Positions 39,393 to 50,108 of a stretch of DNA of 64,000 nucleotides are shown piece by piece. This DNA comes from an uncultured virus (IMG/VR IMGVR_UViG_3300031539_000016) (lineage: Duplodnaviria > Heunggongvirae > Uroviricota > Caudoviricetes). Location of the stretch: the IMG/VR virus record IMGVR_UViG_3300031539_000016, one strand, 5' to 3'. The stretch's first letter is position 1; each line of letters opens with the position of its first letter. The translations under genes and the position numbers were made by a program. The notes under the pieces are model-generated. The model ran no database searches and had not been told where the DNA came from. It worked only from the letters and a program-made list of their open reading frames with translations.

Positions 39393-39917
39393 ATGTTAAA
39401 GGGTAAGATCGGCCGACCGAAGAAAATACCCAAATTTAAAGATTTGTTAAGAAAAACTATCCCTGCTTCGGATATATTTGACGAGGGCGAGTTAGCTACT
39501 TATGAGGCGTTAGTAGGAATATATCTAAAGGATTTTGATGAGTCGCAATTAACTGCAAATGATATGGATGATATTATGTCTATAGCAATGAATAGGGTTT
39601 TAGAGATAAGATTACTTAAGGCTAGTAAAGGCGATGCTACAATGCTGGTGGATGCTTCACAGACTATAGAGCGCCTTAGAAAACAAACAGAAAAATTGAA
39701 AGAGAACTTAGCCGCTAGACGAAAGGATCGTATAGATCCTAAGAAGTACAGTGGGTTTTCTATCGTTGATATGGCTGTATCTTTTGATATGGATAAAAAG
39801 AGAGAGATAATGGAAAGAACATCTAAAATGTTGGTGGGAGAAGAAGAGGTTAAGGAATCGAAGCTTCTTATAGGTAACCGCAACGATGAGGGTGTTGATG
39901 TGGTAGAAGAGGAGTAG
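39393..39917 (+). CDS. putative terminase small subunit
   Basis: GRPKK N-terminus, helical, directly upstream of TerL; call is positional. Confidence 0.5.
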   Translation: MLKGKIGRPKKIPKFKDLLRKTIPASDIFDEGELATYEALVGIYLKDFDESQLTANDMDDIMSIAMNRVLEIRLLKASKGDATMLVDASQTIERLRKQTEKLKENLAARRKDRIDPKKYSGFSIVDMAVSFDMDKKREIMERTSKMLVGEEEVKESKLLIGNRNDEGVDVVEEE

Positions 39918-39918
39918 A

Positions 39919-42918
39919 TTGGGTAATATAGATGTTTATGATAACATAGATCTTATTATGGATCAGGGTGCTTCTATGATCCAATATTATAGGACTGATC
40001 CTGTAGCTGCAGCTTATGATCTTTTGAATATAGACTTAGCCGCTATCCAAAGAGTTATATTACGTGATATGTGGTTTAAAAGTTTTGATATAACTGTTAT
40101 GGGGCGCGGAGGAGGAAAAAGCCAAAGTGTAAATAACATGTCTTTTATTGATGGAGAAGGTTTATTTTATTTATATGAAAAATTTGATCCTATCCCCGAA
40201 TTTTTGCGTGCAGAAGAAACTTTAGAAATAAGCTCTGATAAAACTATATATACGTCAGAGGGATTTAAGCCTGTAAAAAAAGTATCTTTAGAAAAAAAGA
40301 TTGATGGGCTAAAGCTAACTACTCAATTAGGATTAGAAAATAAAGGCAGTGAGCACCACCCATTGCTCACTATTGATGAGAATGGTAATTTTTATTATAA
40401 GCAGTTACAAGATTTTAAAGTTGGTGATTATGTATGTATTCAACGCGGCCAAAGATCCTTTGGCGAAGATATTATATCAGACGATGATGCGTATTTGATA
40501 GGGTTGTTTATTGGTGATGGTATGATTAGTGATGAATATAGTCACCAAGATATAACTACTTCTGATGATTATATTAAAAGTTTTTGTACGGACTATTGTG
40601 AAAGAAATAATATACCATATAGAATAGATGAAGATAAAAGAACTGAGAGTACTATAAAAATAATATTTAAACAATTTGATTGGTTCTTTGATAAGTATCA
40701 AACTAAACGATGTCTGTCTTATTATAAAGAAGTTCCTAAGATTGTAAGGTGTGCAAATGAAAAAACACAAGTTCAATTTCTGCGAGGTCTTTTTGACACT
40801 GATGGCGGATTTGAAAAAAGAGGATCAGTCACGTTTTGTTCGGTGTCAGAAAAACTTGTAAAAGAAGTTCAAATGATGTTATTGAATTTTGGTATAATTA
40901 GTAGAAAGCGTAGAAAGAAAACAGATTCAGAATTTGGTAAAGCATTTATATTGACTATATCTGGTGAAGATATAGTAATGTTTTATGAATTAATTGAGTT
41001 TAATTTATGGCGCAAGCAAAGATTGTTAAAGGAGTATATTGAATCTAAAGAGTTTAACACTAACAAAAATATTATTCCATTTATTAAAAACACCGTTGTA
41101 AAAGAATTAGCTAATAAATATGGTAGTCAAACATCTTTCAGTAAATTATTTTCTGACAAGCGTTATAGATTTGATGACGGTAATAGAAAAAATTTGTCTT
41201 ATGCTGTTTTAAATAAAATAGTGAATATCACAGAATTGTATAATGTAGATCCTGATATATACAATAAACTGCTCAGAATACGCAATAGAAATTATTATTT
41301 TGATGAAGTAGTCTCCGTAGAGAAATGGTCTGGGGACTGTTATGATTTTGAAATGGATATGGATGTTGAGCCAAATTATTTTTCTAATGGCTTCATATGT
41401 CATAATACGTTCTTATTAGGAGTTAATGCTGTACTGCATGCACTTTTATACCCAGGATATAGAGTAGGTTTAATTGGGCCTTCTTTCCGCCAAAGTAAAA
41501 TGATCTTTTCAGAAGTTGAAAAGATTTATAATAGATCTCCTATACTAAGAGAAGCCTGTGCGAAAAAGCCTACTAGGGGATCAGACACTTGTTATTTACA
41601 ATTTAGAGGCACAGATTACTCTAATGGTAGTTTTATTGAGGCATTACCTGTAGGCGTTGATGGGGCCAAGATTCGTGGTTCTCGTTTTTATTTGGTCCAA
41701 ATAGATGAGATGGCACAGATGCCGACAGATATTATTGATTTGGTAATACGCCCTATGGGATCTGTATCACTTGAGCCTATGCAGCGTGTTAGGGAGCGCC
41801 AGCGCCAGGAAGAAATGATCAGAAAAGGTCTAGCAACCGAGGATGATTTTGTAGATGAAGGAGCTAATAAAATGATAATGACTTCATCGGGTTACTTTAA
41901 ATTTAATCATATGTGGCGTAGAATGAAATCGTATTGGAAAGCTATTAAAGAAGAAGGAGAAAAGACTAAATACGCTGTACACCAAGTGCCATACCAATTA
42001 TTGCCGCCAGGATTTCTTGATGAGGAGAATATTAAGGAAGCTCGCCGTACAATGTCTAGTATTGAATTTATGATGGAGTATGAAGCTGCTATGGTATCAG
42101 ACAGCGATGGATTTTTTAAAGCATCAATGCTTGAAGACTGTACTATTGGCAGCACTTTTAGTATACGTCTTGTAGGTGAAAAGGGTAAAGAATATGTCTT
42201 AGGCATTGATCCTAATCAGGGAGGCAAAGCTTCTTGCGGTGTGATTATAATAGAGATAGGGACCCCACATAAGATTGTTTATGTTAAAGAATTGAAGAAA
42301 AAAACTACTCAAGATATGGTTATGGAATTTCAGAATCTTGTAGATGTATTTAATATTGTACGTATATTTATGGATTCTCAGGGCGGTGGAAAACCTATAC
42401 GTGATTTGTTACAGGAAGGCTATAATAATCATATACCTATTTTAGACATGGATGATGAAACTACTAAAAGTACACAAGGCAAGCGTATTTTACAACTTAT
42501 TAATCCCACACCTGCGTGGATAAATGATGCTAATTTTGATACCTTGGCTATGTTTGAACATAAAGATATTAGATTTCCAGCACTACCGTTATCATCAGAT
42601 CCTATAGCTGAAAAACTTTATGAGGAAGTTAGGGTATTGAAATCACAATTATTAAATATAATTGTTACTCAAACCGCAAGAGGTGTAAGGCATTTTGATA
42701 CACCTAAGAAAGGCCAGAACAAAGATTTATATTCAGCATTAGTACTTGCTGCTTGGGGTGTGCGTGAAATGACTAGAGAAGTTACTGAAATTGATATAAT
42801 TTTAGAAGCTCAGGGTTTGATAAGACCGCATAAACAAGGAGCTAGGTTTAGTAAATCTGTACAAGGTTCTTCTATAAATAATTATCTAAAAGATGCTGTT
42901 TTAACTAAAATAAAATAA
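39919..42918 (+). CDS. terL: terminase large subunit with intein (about 570 aa after splicing)
   Basis: Walker A GRGGGK|T, PSFRQS, IRGSR, Walker B VQIDE, nuclease LGIDP and KDLYSAL. Confidence 0.92.
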   Translation: MGNIDVYDNIDLIMDQGASMIQYYRTDPVAAAYDLLNIDLAAIQRVILRDMWFKSFDITVMGRGGGKSQSVNNMSFIDGEGLFYLYEKFDPIPEFLRAEETLEISSDKTIYTSEGFKPVKKVSLEKKIDGLKLTTQLGLENKGSEHHPLLTIDENGNFYYKQLQDFKVGDYVCIQRGQRSFGEDIISDDDAYLIGLFIGDGMISDEYSHQDITTSDDYIKSFCTDYCERNNIPYRIDEDKRTESTIKIIFKQFDWFFDKYQTKRCLSYYKEVPKIVRCANEKTQVQFLRGLFDTDGGFEKRGSVTFCSVSEKLVKEVQMMLLNFGIISRKRRKKTDSEFGKAFILTISGEDIVMFYELIEFNLWRKQRLLKEYIESKEFNTNKNIIPFIKNTVVKELANKYGSQTSFSKLFSDKRYRFDDGNRKNLSYAVLNKIVNITELYNVDPDIYNKLLRIRNRNYYFDEVVSVEKWSGDCYDFEMDMDVEPNYFSNGFICHNTFLLGVNAVLHALLYPGYRVGLIGPSFRQSKMIFSEVEKIYNRSPILREACAKKPTRGSDTCYLQFRGTDYSNGSFIEALPVGVDGAKIRGSRFYLVQIDEMAQMPTDIIDLVIRPMGSVSLEPMQRVRERQRQEEMIRKGLATEDDFVDEGANKMIMTSSGYFKFNHMWRRMKSYWKAIKEEGEKTKYAVHQVPYQLLPPGFLDEENIKEARRTMSSIEFMMEYEAAMVSDSDGFFKASMLEDCTIGSTFSIRLVGEKGKEYVLGIDPNQGGKASCGVIIIEIGTPHKIVYVKELKKKTTQDMVMEFQNLVDVFNIVRIFMDSQGGGKPIRDLLQEGYNNHIPILDMDDETTKSTQGKRILQLINPTPAWINDANFDTLAMFEHKDIRFPALPLSSDPIAEKLYEEVRVLKSQLLNIIVTQTARGVRHFDTPKKGQNKDLYSALVLAAWGVREMTREVTEIDIILEAQGLIRPHKQGARFSKSVQGSSINNYLKDAVLTKIK
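40120..41406 (+). mobile_element. LAGLIDADG intein (429 aa) in the TerL Walker A motif
   Basis: Ser1 after GK; block B GSEHHPLL; LIGLFIGDG and FLRGLFDTDG; CYDFEM...NGFICHN followed by Thr+1. Confidence 0.93.
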
Positions 42919-42937
42919 TCTAACCATGTTTTAATAG
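42919..42937 (+). promoter_or_regulatory. candidate late promoter TCTAACCATGTTTTAATAG
   Basis: 17/19 identical to 45425; intergenic before the portal region. Confidence 0.5.
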
Positions 42938-42973
42938 AGGCGTATCCTCTATATTATATTAAGGAGATTTGTT

Positions 42974-43429
42974 ATGGTAGATAATACTGTAGAGAAAGTA
43001 AAAGGACCGAAGTGGCCAGAAGGCCCGGAGATCATTTCTGAAACTGATGTAAGTACTAAAAACATTATTACTGTAAAAGATATGGTGGAACGTATACATA
43101 CAAAAATAGATGATTTTGCTGATGGAGTTGATGAGGAATTTTTAAAAGAATCGGATGCCCAATTAAAAGCTAAAAAGCGTGGCAAAGGGTATTTTATAAC
43201 CAATAACTACTATTGGGATATTTGGCTGCAAAAATTGTTTGCTCAAATGATTAGTGTTAAGATTTGGATTATAGCATTGATATCTATTTTACTTAAGCTG
43301 GCACTAATAACTAGTGTAGAGTTCGCTTCAATACTAGGAATTATCATGGCTTTGAAGGGGTCGTTCGCCGTTGCCGAAGTATGGAAAAAGAATGGTAATG
43401 GTAATGAGGATATAATAGATAAGGTTTAA
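42974..43429 (+). CDS. membrane protein (holin-like topology)
   Basis: two C-terminal hydrophobic segments. Confidence 0.5.
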   Translation: MVDNTVEKVKGPKWPEGPEIISETDVSTKNIITVKDMVERIHTKIDDFADGVDEEFLKESDAQLKAKKRGKGYFITNNYYWDIWLQKLFAQMISVKIWIIALISILLKLALITSVEFASILGIIMALKGSFAVAEVWKKNGNGNEDIIDKV

Positions 43430-43461
43430 TATGTAATGAAATATAAATAGGGAGTACCTAC

Positions 43462-45411
43462 ATGGATTCTATGAAACTACAGAAAGTTACAGCTGATTTG
43501 AAGGAACAATACCCAGAGGTGGGCATTCAACAGATTGAAGTTGATGAAGCTACTGGAAAATCTACATTTTTCTTATTGCCTACGAAAAAGGTTTTAGCTA
43601 CATTGCCCCCAGAAAAAGCTATTAATCTGCATGGAGCAGCTGAATTTGCCTCTACTTTGAGGAGAGATGTAATTGACCGATCTGTGTTAGATTTAATTAA
43701 AAAATCAGTTTCTGAAGAAGATCCTCACGCAATATTTAAGAGGGCTATAAAATATTATTATGAATCTGATTATTATGGTTCTCATATTGATATTTTAACA
43801 AATTTTGCATCCAAAGGGTTTGAGAATGACTTAGATGATGATAAAATTAAAGCATTTTATGATACTTGGAATTTTGATGTGAATTTTAAACAGATTATTG
43901 ACTGGATATTTTTTGATTTATTTAGAGTTGGGATGGTAAGAACTTATAAGATTATAGGTAAATATGAGCCAGGTATTAGTTATTTATCCGCTATTCCAGG
44001 GGCTAAGAAAGCTAACGGCGATCTTAAAGAGATGTCAGAAAGAGCTGCTCGTATACATCAGAAAAGATTACAGAATCTTGAAGATAAGTTGAAGACCCTT
44101 GACGGGCGTAAAAAAGATGAAAGAGAGCTTAAAGAAGAGCTGGCGGCTAAAAAAAGAGTCTGGTCTAAAGGATTTATGCCGATAGCTTACACTATTTTAA
44201 ATCCGCTTTTAGTTGAAATTGAAGGTAGTTTGTTATTTGATAAAACTAAAGTGACCTTAAAACCGTCAGACGAGCTTAAAAAATTACTTAAAAAACCTAC
44301 TTCTGACCTCACAGAAGATGAAAAAACAGTTCTTAAGTTGTTGCCTTCAGATTTTAAGGCAGCTATTGAAAAGGGAGGCGGCGTTGTACTTGATCCGTTA
44401 TTTGTGGGGGCTGTGGATTATAGAAAACAACCTTATGAGCGATATCCTAAACCTCGTGGTGTTAAAGTGTTTGATTCATTGGAATACAAAAATTCATTAC
44501 GAGAAGCTGATTTGAGTACGCTAGATGGTATCACTAATTATATTTTGAAAATAACAGTTGGAAACGATGAATATCCTGTAACTGAGCAGACCCAGTTGGA
44601 AGCGGTAGCTCAATTATTTAACACCACTTCAAAATCTTTTGATGTGGTTTGGAACCATACTTTAGAGGTTGAAAAAATAGTATCACCTGAAATTGAAGCC
44701 GTTTTAGGACAGGATAAATATATGCAAGTCAATGAGGATATTAGCGGCGGTTTAGCTATGTCTAGGGCGCTAGTTGATGGTACTACAAATGTTAATCAAG
44801 GGGAAGCTGGGTTAATAGTTAAAACTGTTATAGAAGAAGTAAATTATGCAAGAAGCCAAGTAGAGATTTGGATATACAATGAATACAGGCAGATAGCAGA
44901 AGCTATGGGGTTTGACAGATTTCCTAAAGTTAGATGGGACAATACAGTATTACGTGATATTATATTGTACATGAGCACCATTTCTCAACTGGTTGATAGA
45001 CGTATGTTATCTTATGAGACCGCTCTTGAGCAACTTGGATTTGATTATAGTAATGAATTTAATAACATGCAAAATGAGTTGCCATCAGTTTTGAAAGGTG
45101 TTTTGGGCATTTTGGGCAGCCCATTCCAACAATCAAAGACACAACCAGGACAGAAAGCTCCTACAGGCACACCATCAGATGGTAGACCAAAAGGACAGGT
45201 GCCGAAGAAAAAACAACCAAGCACTAATCCAAAAACTAAAACTAAGGTACCTAATCAATCGCCAAGTAATCAACCAAGCCCAAGTTCGCAGGCTGCGAGT
45301 TTGGATATAAAAACTTTGATTGTTGCTGCTGCGGAAATTATGGATGAAGAACAATTTAGGTCATTTTTAAAAGGATTTTCTACTGAATTAAGAAATGCCA
45401 ATACTGAATAG
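43462..45411 (+). CDS. putative portal protein
   Basis: 649 aa, located after TerL; LSYETALEQLG motif and low-complexity GRP tail typical of portals. Confidence 0.7.
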   Translation: MDSMKLQKVTADLKEQYPEVGIQQIEVDEATGKSTFFLLPTKKVLATLPPEKAINLHGAAEFASTLRRDVIDRSVLDLIKKSVSEEDPHAIFKRAIKYYYESDYYGSHIDILTNFASKGFENDLDDDKIKAFYDTWNFDVNFKQIIDWIFFDLFRVGMVRTYKIIGKYEPGISYLSAIPGAKKANGDLKEMSERAARIHQKRLQNLEDKLKTLDGRKKDERELKEELAAKKRVWSKGFMPIAYTILNPLLVEIEGSLLFDKTKVTLKPSDELKKLLKKPTSDLTEDEKTVLKLLPSDFKAAIEKGGGVVLDPLFVGAVDYRKQPYERYPKPRGVKVFDSLEYKNSLREADLSTLDGITNYILKITVGNDEYPVTEQTQLEAVAQLFNTTSKSFDVVWNHTLEVEKIVSPEIEAVLGQDKYMQVNEDISGGLAMSRALVDGTTNVNQGEAGLIVKTVIEEVNYARSQVEIWIYNEYRQIAEAMGFDRFPKVRWDNTVLRDIILYMSTISQLVDRRMLSYETALEQLGFDYSNEFNNMQNELPSVLKGVLGILGSPFQQSKTQPGQKAPTGTPSDGRPKGQVPKKKQPSTNPKTKTKVPNQSPSNQPSPSSQAASLDIKTLIVAAAEIMDEEQFRSFLKGFSTELRNANTE

Positions 45412-45424
45412 TGGCAGATATTTA

Positions 45425-45443
45425 TCTAACCATATTATAATAG
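45425..45443 (+). promoter_or_regulatory. candidate late promoter TCTAACCATATTATAATAG
   Basis: matches 42919; precedes the head genes. Confidence 0.5.
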
Positions 45444-45482
45444 GAACACTATCATTTTATTTTATTAGGGGGAGGACTTGAT

Positions 45483-46547
45483 GTGGAACATAAATATAGC
45501 CCGGTAACACTAGAGGCTGAAATTAAACTTTTTGAGGGTACGGAGGAGCTCAGGCAGGAAGTTGCCTCAGTTGTAGCGTTTCCAGAGAATAAAACCCCAG
45601 ACATGTTGTTCTTTTCTGGCATTTTCGTGTCGTCTGGAGAAAATCTAAATAAAGCGTTTTTTATGCCCTCCGAACTTGTAAAATCCCACCACACTATTAA
45701 TAATAAGGCACTGGATGTTGAACATGATGAGACCCAAGTTGTTGGTCATATATATTCAAGTGCTTTTATAGATCGTAGCGGAAATAAACTTGAGGTTACC
45801 ACTCTACAAGGTATGAATCAAGATGAACTTGAAAAGATGGATATAGATGTTATGATTGCAGGGATTGTATATAAAAGCAGGTTTCCAGAATTGTCTAAAG
45901 AAATTAAAGAAAGTAAATGGAAATTATCTATGGAAACCTATTTTCAAGATTATGATATAAAAATAGGAGACCTTATATTATCTAAAAAGGAAGCTGAGGC
46001 TTTGGGCTTGACCTCAGATAGTGTATTAGGGCGTGTAGCAAGAATTTTAAAAAAGGGAAAGGAAATAGCAAAGGGAGAAATTGCTCGAGTTTTAAGGGGT
46101 TTAATGTTTTCAGGATGTGGGTTGGTTAAAAATCCTGCCAATCCTAGATCTGTTATTTTAGAAACAGCTAAGAAAAAAGAACTGGAGGAGGGAGAGATAG
46201 TGATTGAGTTAGACCCTAAAACTGATATTAAGAATACGGAAGAGGCTGGTATTGATGCTAATGATATACGCACGCAAACAAGTATTGGCGTTTGTGTAAG
46301 TTATAAAAAACGCGTAATAGATGCTACTTTTAATGGCCCAGATGCTAAGGTTTTACATGAAGATTGGTGTGCGCTTTATGACACTGGATGTACATCACCT
46401 TCCAGAGGTGCTGACCATCCAGAGTGTGTTAGACACCAAGTAATAGAGGTTACAAAGAATTATACCAAACACAAGTTAGACGATATGAATGCTAAAGACA
46501 AACGAGGCAGTCTTCTGGCACAATTGAAAGGCTTGTTAGGGATTTAA
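45483..46547 (+). CDS. putative prohead protease
   Basis: LDVEH, VVGHI, LSMET, FSGCGLVKNPANP; position between portal and scaffold. Confidence 0.7.
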   Translation: MEHKYSPVTLEAEIKLFEGTEELRQEVASVVAFPENKTPDMLFFSGIFVSSGENLNKAFFMPSELVKSHHTINNKALDVEHDETQVVGHIYSSAFIDRSGNKLEVTTLQGMNQDELEKMDIDVMIAGIVYKSRFPELSKEIKESKWKLSMETYFQDYDIKIGDLILSKKEAEALGLTSDSVLGRVARILKKGKEIAKGEIARVLRGLMFSGCGLVKNPANPRSVILETAKKKELEEGEIVIELDPKTDIKNTEEAGIDANDIRTQTSIGVCVSYKKRVIDATFNGPDAKVLHEDWCALYDTGCTSPSRGADHPECVRHQVIEVTKNYTKHKLDDMNAKDKRGSLLAQLKGLLGI

Positions 46548-46573
46548 AAATTTAATATAGGAGGAAATCGCTC

Positions 46574-46975
46574 ATGCCACAAGCACAAACAGGTTCAAGA
46601 AAAAGCATACCTAAAGTTGTTAGGGTTAATGCTGCTGACGGCGAAGCCGTGTTGTATAGAAATTTGGGTAATGGTCGTAGGCTCCCTTTCATGTGGGGTA
46701 CAACAGTCACATTGGCATCTGGTGCCACTACAGTAGTGGTGTCTAGCGGTGTTTCGTTTAACGCTCATGAAGTTTCTGCTGGAATTATTGTAGTAACCCC
46801 GCTATCAGCTACTGGTGCTGCTTTGAGTTATTACATAAACAAAGCCACTGGTACTAATGTTGTTTCGTTGGTATCCACCAGCGGCCCTGGAGCAGATTGT
46901 GATTTTGATGTTATGATTATGTTGGGTACTGGTTATGACTTTTTAAGTACTCATACCAATCAGATTTGGAGTTAA
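46574..46975 (+). CDS. putative virion structural protein
   Basis: Ser/Thr/Gly/Val-rich beta-type protein in the head module. Confidence 0.5.
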   Translation: MPQAQTGSRKSIPKVVRVNAADGEAVLYRNLGNGRRLPFMWGTTVTLASGATTVVVSSGVSFNAHEVSAGIIVVTPLSATGAALSYYINKATGTNVVSLVSTSGPGADCDFDVMIMLGTGYDFLSTHTNQIWS

Positions 46976-47094
46976 TATTATATAGTTACTTTGTATATGT
47001 GCATTAGGTTAAGGAAATGGGAAATTATAATTATTGATACGAGGTTGGTAGTTAATTTTTAAGTGAAGAAAAATTATTGTAGGAGGTTTAGTTT

Positions 47095-47868
47095 ATGTCT
47101 GATAAACTTACTCAAGATATTCAAAGTATTGTTGACGAGATCTTTAAGCAAAAGGAAGAAGTTGCTATGAGGAGCCAGACTGAAGCCGCTCTTAATAACT
47201 CTGCCACGAAAATAAACGAGCTGGTTGCATCTTTGGAGGCAAAAGATGTTGAACTTAGTGAGTTTACATCGAGGCAGGAAGAGCTTGAACAAACTGTTTC
47301 TGAACTTTCTGATGCTAAGAAAGAACTTGAGAAGAATCTTGAGAAAGCAACCTCTGATTTTGAAGCTGAAAAGGGAGAATTGATCAAAAGGGCGGAAACG
47401 GCTGAAAAAGATCTTGAGGATATGAAAAAGAATCAGCTTTCACAAGCTAGATTTGACGAACTCAAGAATGAAGGCGTGTCTGCTATTGGTGATAAAGCTG
47501 TAGAAGATCAGGTTGCCAAGATTCGTGAAATGGAAGATGAAGATTTTGAAGCTTATAAGGCAGAGCGTGTTGAATTACGCAAAGCTGTTGTTGCTGAGCT
47601 GGAAGCATCTTCCCAAGAAAAAACAGCTGAGGAATTGGCTGCGGAAGAAGCTGAAGCTGCAAGAGTTGCAGAAGAAGAAGCTGCAGAAGTAGTTGAAGCT
47701 GCGAGAGTAAAAGCTGAAGAAGAGGCTGCTGCCGCTTCTGATAGTCCGATAAATTCGATGAAAGCTACAGCTGCTCTACTCAATATGGAAATTGCTCCTA
47801 GTGATGATGTACTTAATAAGTACAAAGAACTAGGCAAAGCTATGGCCATTAAATTTGAGAAGGAGTAA
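47095..47868 (+). CDS. putative capsid scaffolding protein
   Basis: acidic Glu/Ala coiled coil upstream of the capsid genes. Confidence 0.7.
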   Translation: MSDKLTQDIQSIVDEIFKQKEEVAMRSQTEAALNNSATKINELVASLEAKDVELSEFTSRQEELEQTVSELSDAKKELEKNLEKATSDFEAEKGELIKRAETAEKDLEDMKKNQLSQARFDELKNEGVSAIGDKAVEDQVAKIREMEDEDFEAYKAERVELRKAVVAELEASSQEKTAEELAAEEAEAARVAEEEAAEVVEAARVKAEEEAAAASDSPINSMKATAALLNMEIAPSDDVLNKYKELGKAMAIKFEKE

Positions 47869-47915
47869 AAAAGTTAGTAATCGTTGTAAAATATAGTTAA
47901 GGAGGGAAGGTAATT

Positions 47916-48509
47916 ATGTTTATTCCTAGACATCCTGTTATACAAAATCAATTTTGTCAGTTTGCTGCGGTAACTTCTGGTACAACAGTGACAGCCGGAG
48001 TCGGTGGTGTTTTAGCTTATGCAGGTTCAGCTTGTTATCTTGATACCGCCCAGAATGATGCTACTGTAAAAATTTATGCTGCTAATGAAAATATGCAGTG
48101 TTTTGGTTTTTTGATGCAGAAAGTTAAAGTAGGTTACCATGGTATTCATCCAGCTGGTATGATGCTTCCTGGAGATCTTGGATCTTCTGATGTTATTGCA
48201 CAGCCTAGCTATAATGCTAATGGTGTGATTGCTGGTTCGAAAGCAGCTCCTGTAGGTGTTGCCCATTTAGGTATATGGGATACCATTCATTACTATGGTA
48301 GTGGAGCTTTAGCTGCTGGTACTGCTATGTTTGTGCGTCAAAGTAGCATATCGGAACTTTGTGATTCTGGTGCAACTCAAAATATCCAGACTAACACCGC
48401 ACTTACGGGTGTTCTTGCGTATGTTCTTAAGGGAGCAAGCGCTGCACAGGTTACTGCTAATAATAATAACACTACGCTTTACCCTATTAGGGTTAAACTT
48501 ATGGTTTAA
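47916..48509 (+). CDS. putative head decoration protein
   Basis: Gly/Ala/Thr-rich, directly before the major capsid gene. Confidence 0.55.
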   Translation: MFIPRHPVIQNQFCQFAAVTSGTTVTAGVGGVLAYAGSACYLDTAQNDATVKIYAANENMQCFGFLMQKVKVGYHGIHPAGMMLPGDLGSSDVIAQPSYNANGVIAGSKAAPVGVAHLGIWDTIHYYGSGALAAGTAMFVRQSSISELCDSGATQNIQTNTALTGVLAYVLKGASAAQVTANNNNTTLYPIRVKLMV

Positions 48510-48589
48510 AATCAAAAATCAAGGAAATGAATTATGGATCAAAGCACGTATAGTGCATCCAAAACTACTTGAGGGAGGAATGTTAGGTT

Positions 48590-49663
48590 ATGGATAGAAA
48601 AGAAATGCAAGATCTGTTTAAAGCAACCGCTGCTATCAATACCCCGGAAGGGCTGATGGCATATAAAGCTTTTGCTGCTGCTCTAACAACTCCAATCCTT
48701 CAGGCTATAGAAAGAGATTCCATTATGAGACGGTTATTTGCCGTTGAAAGGTTAGGACCTGGAGCACAGGCTAGTTACCCTGTTGCAGAAGATTTTGAAA
48801 TTCCTGTATGGGTATTACCGGGTCTTGGTTATGTTGCTCAGAACTTTATAGAGGGTATTGGCGAGGAAGTATATGTTCCTACATTTACCATCGACGCTTC
48901 TGGTGATTGGAAACTCACCTATGCTAGGGATTCGAGAATTGATATTGCGGCGCGAGCTGCAGAAAAAGCTGCTAAAGGTATGTCAGATTATGAGGAAGAA
49001 TGTGGTTGGAGAGTTATTCTTCCAGCAGCTACTTCGAGATTTTTTGGAAAGGGGTTGCTTGGCTCACGCCCTGCTCCTATTTATGAAATTAATCCTGCAT
49101 CTACTGGTGCCGGATATCTTTCAAAAGAGCTTATTAACAAAATGATTGTAGGTTTTAAAAGGATTGGTAGAACTCTTACTGATCTGTATGTTTCACCTGA
49201 AGATGCAGCTGATATTCGTGAATGGACTGACACCGATATCGATCCAGTAACTAGGAGAGAAATCTTCCAGGCTGGTGGTATGGGAAGCATTTGGAACGTT
49301 GCTCTGAATGAAGTACAGCATCTAGGCGCTACTGGTCTGTATAACATTAATGGAAGTACTTCGGCTTATGGTAAATTTCTTGCCACTACTGTGACAGAAG
49401 CTTATAATTCTTATACGCTGGATAATCCTAATGTTACTGCGGCTGATGGTACTATAACTACTTTGGGCGAAACCCAGATTATTGGATTTGACCTTAGTGT
49501 TAATGATTCATTGGTAATGCCTATTCGTAAAGAGTATGAAGCGTATGACGATCCTACCCTTCTTAGAGTCCAGAAAGCTGGATTCTTTGGTTGGGAAGAA
49601 ATTGGATTTGCATGTCTTGATCCTCGTATGTTAGGCATGGGAATTATTGATAGATCATTATAA
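48590..49663 (+). CDS. major capsid protein (HK97-like fold inferred)
   Basis: 357 aa, strong GGAGG SD, terminator after; YDDPTL...GFFGWEEIGF end. Confidence 0.75.
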   Translation: MDRKEMQDLFKATAAINTPEGLMAYKAFAAALTTPILQAIERDSIMRRLFAVERLGPGAQASYPVAEDFEIPVWVLPGLGYVAQNFIEGIGEEVYVPTFTIDASGDWKLTYARDSRIDIAARAAEKAAKGMSDYEEECGWRVILPAATSRFFGKGLLGSRPAPIYEINPASTGAGYLSKELINKMIVGFKRIGRTLTDLYVSPEDAADIREWTDTDIDPVTRREIFQAGGMGSIWNVALNEVQHLGATGLYNINGSTSAYGKFLATTVTEAYNSYTLDNPNVTAADGTITTLGETQIIGFDLSVNDSLVMPIRKEYEAYDDPTLLRVQKAGFFGWEEIGFACLDPRMLGMGIIDRSL

Positions 49664-49687
49664 TATTAATTTTATAAGGATATGTCG

Positions 49688-49723
49688 GCGTGTCTCGCCG
49701 ACTTTGACGAGACACGCTTTTTT
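49688..49723 (+). terminator. intrinsic terminator after the major capsid gene
   Basis: GCGTGTCTCG...CGAGACACGC followed by TTTTTT. Confidence 0.85.
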
Positions 49724-49738
49724 ACAGGAGAAGGGTAT

Positions 49739-50089
49739 ATGTTAGCTTTGGAGATTATTTGTATTATAATTTTAATTGAAGCTATAACTAATATTGTGAG
49801 TAAATCTGATTTGTTTAAACCGATGAGAGAGTTTTTATTTAATAAGGGAGAAAATAAATTATTTAGATTTATACACACACTGGTTGATTGCCCTTACTGT
49901 TTGTCTGTATGGGTTAGCTTGTTGTGTGTAGTCATGTTATATTTATATATAAATAATTTGCTCCCTTTTGTTTTAATATGGGTTTGTATAGCTGTAATAT
50001 TTCATAGATTATCAAATATTTTACATTTTATTGTTGATAGAATAGATTCAAACCATATAGGTTTGGACAAGGAAAACGAATATAAATAG
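49739..50089 (+). CDS. DUF1360-like membrane protein
   Basis: LFKPMRE...CPYCLSVWVS with hydrophobic helices. Confidence 0.6.
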   Translation: MLALEIICIIILIEAITNIVSKSDLFKPMREFLFNKGENKLFRFIHTLVDCPYCLSVWVSLLCVVMLYLYINNLLPFVLIWVCIAVIFHRLSNILHFIVDRIDSNHIGLDKENEYK

Positions 50090-50108
50090 AGAGTGGAGGA
50101 CAAGGTAA

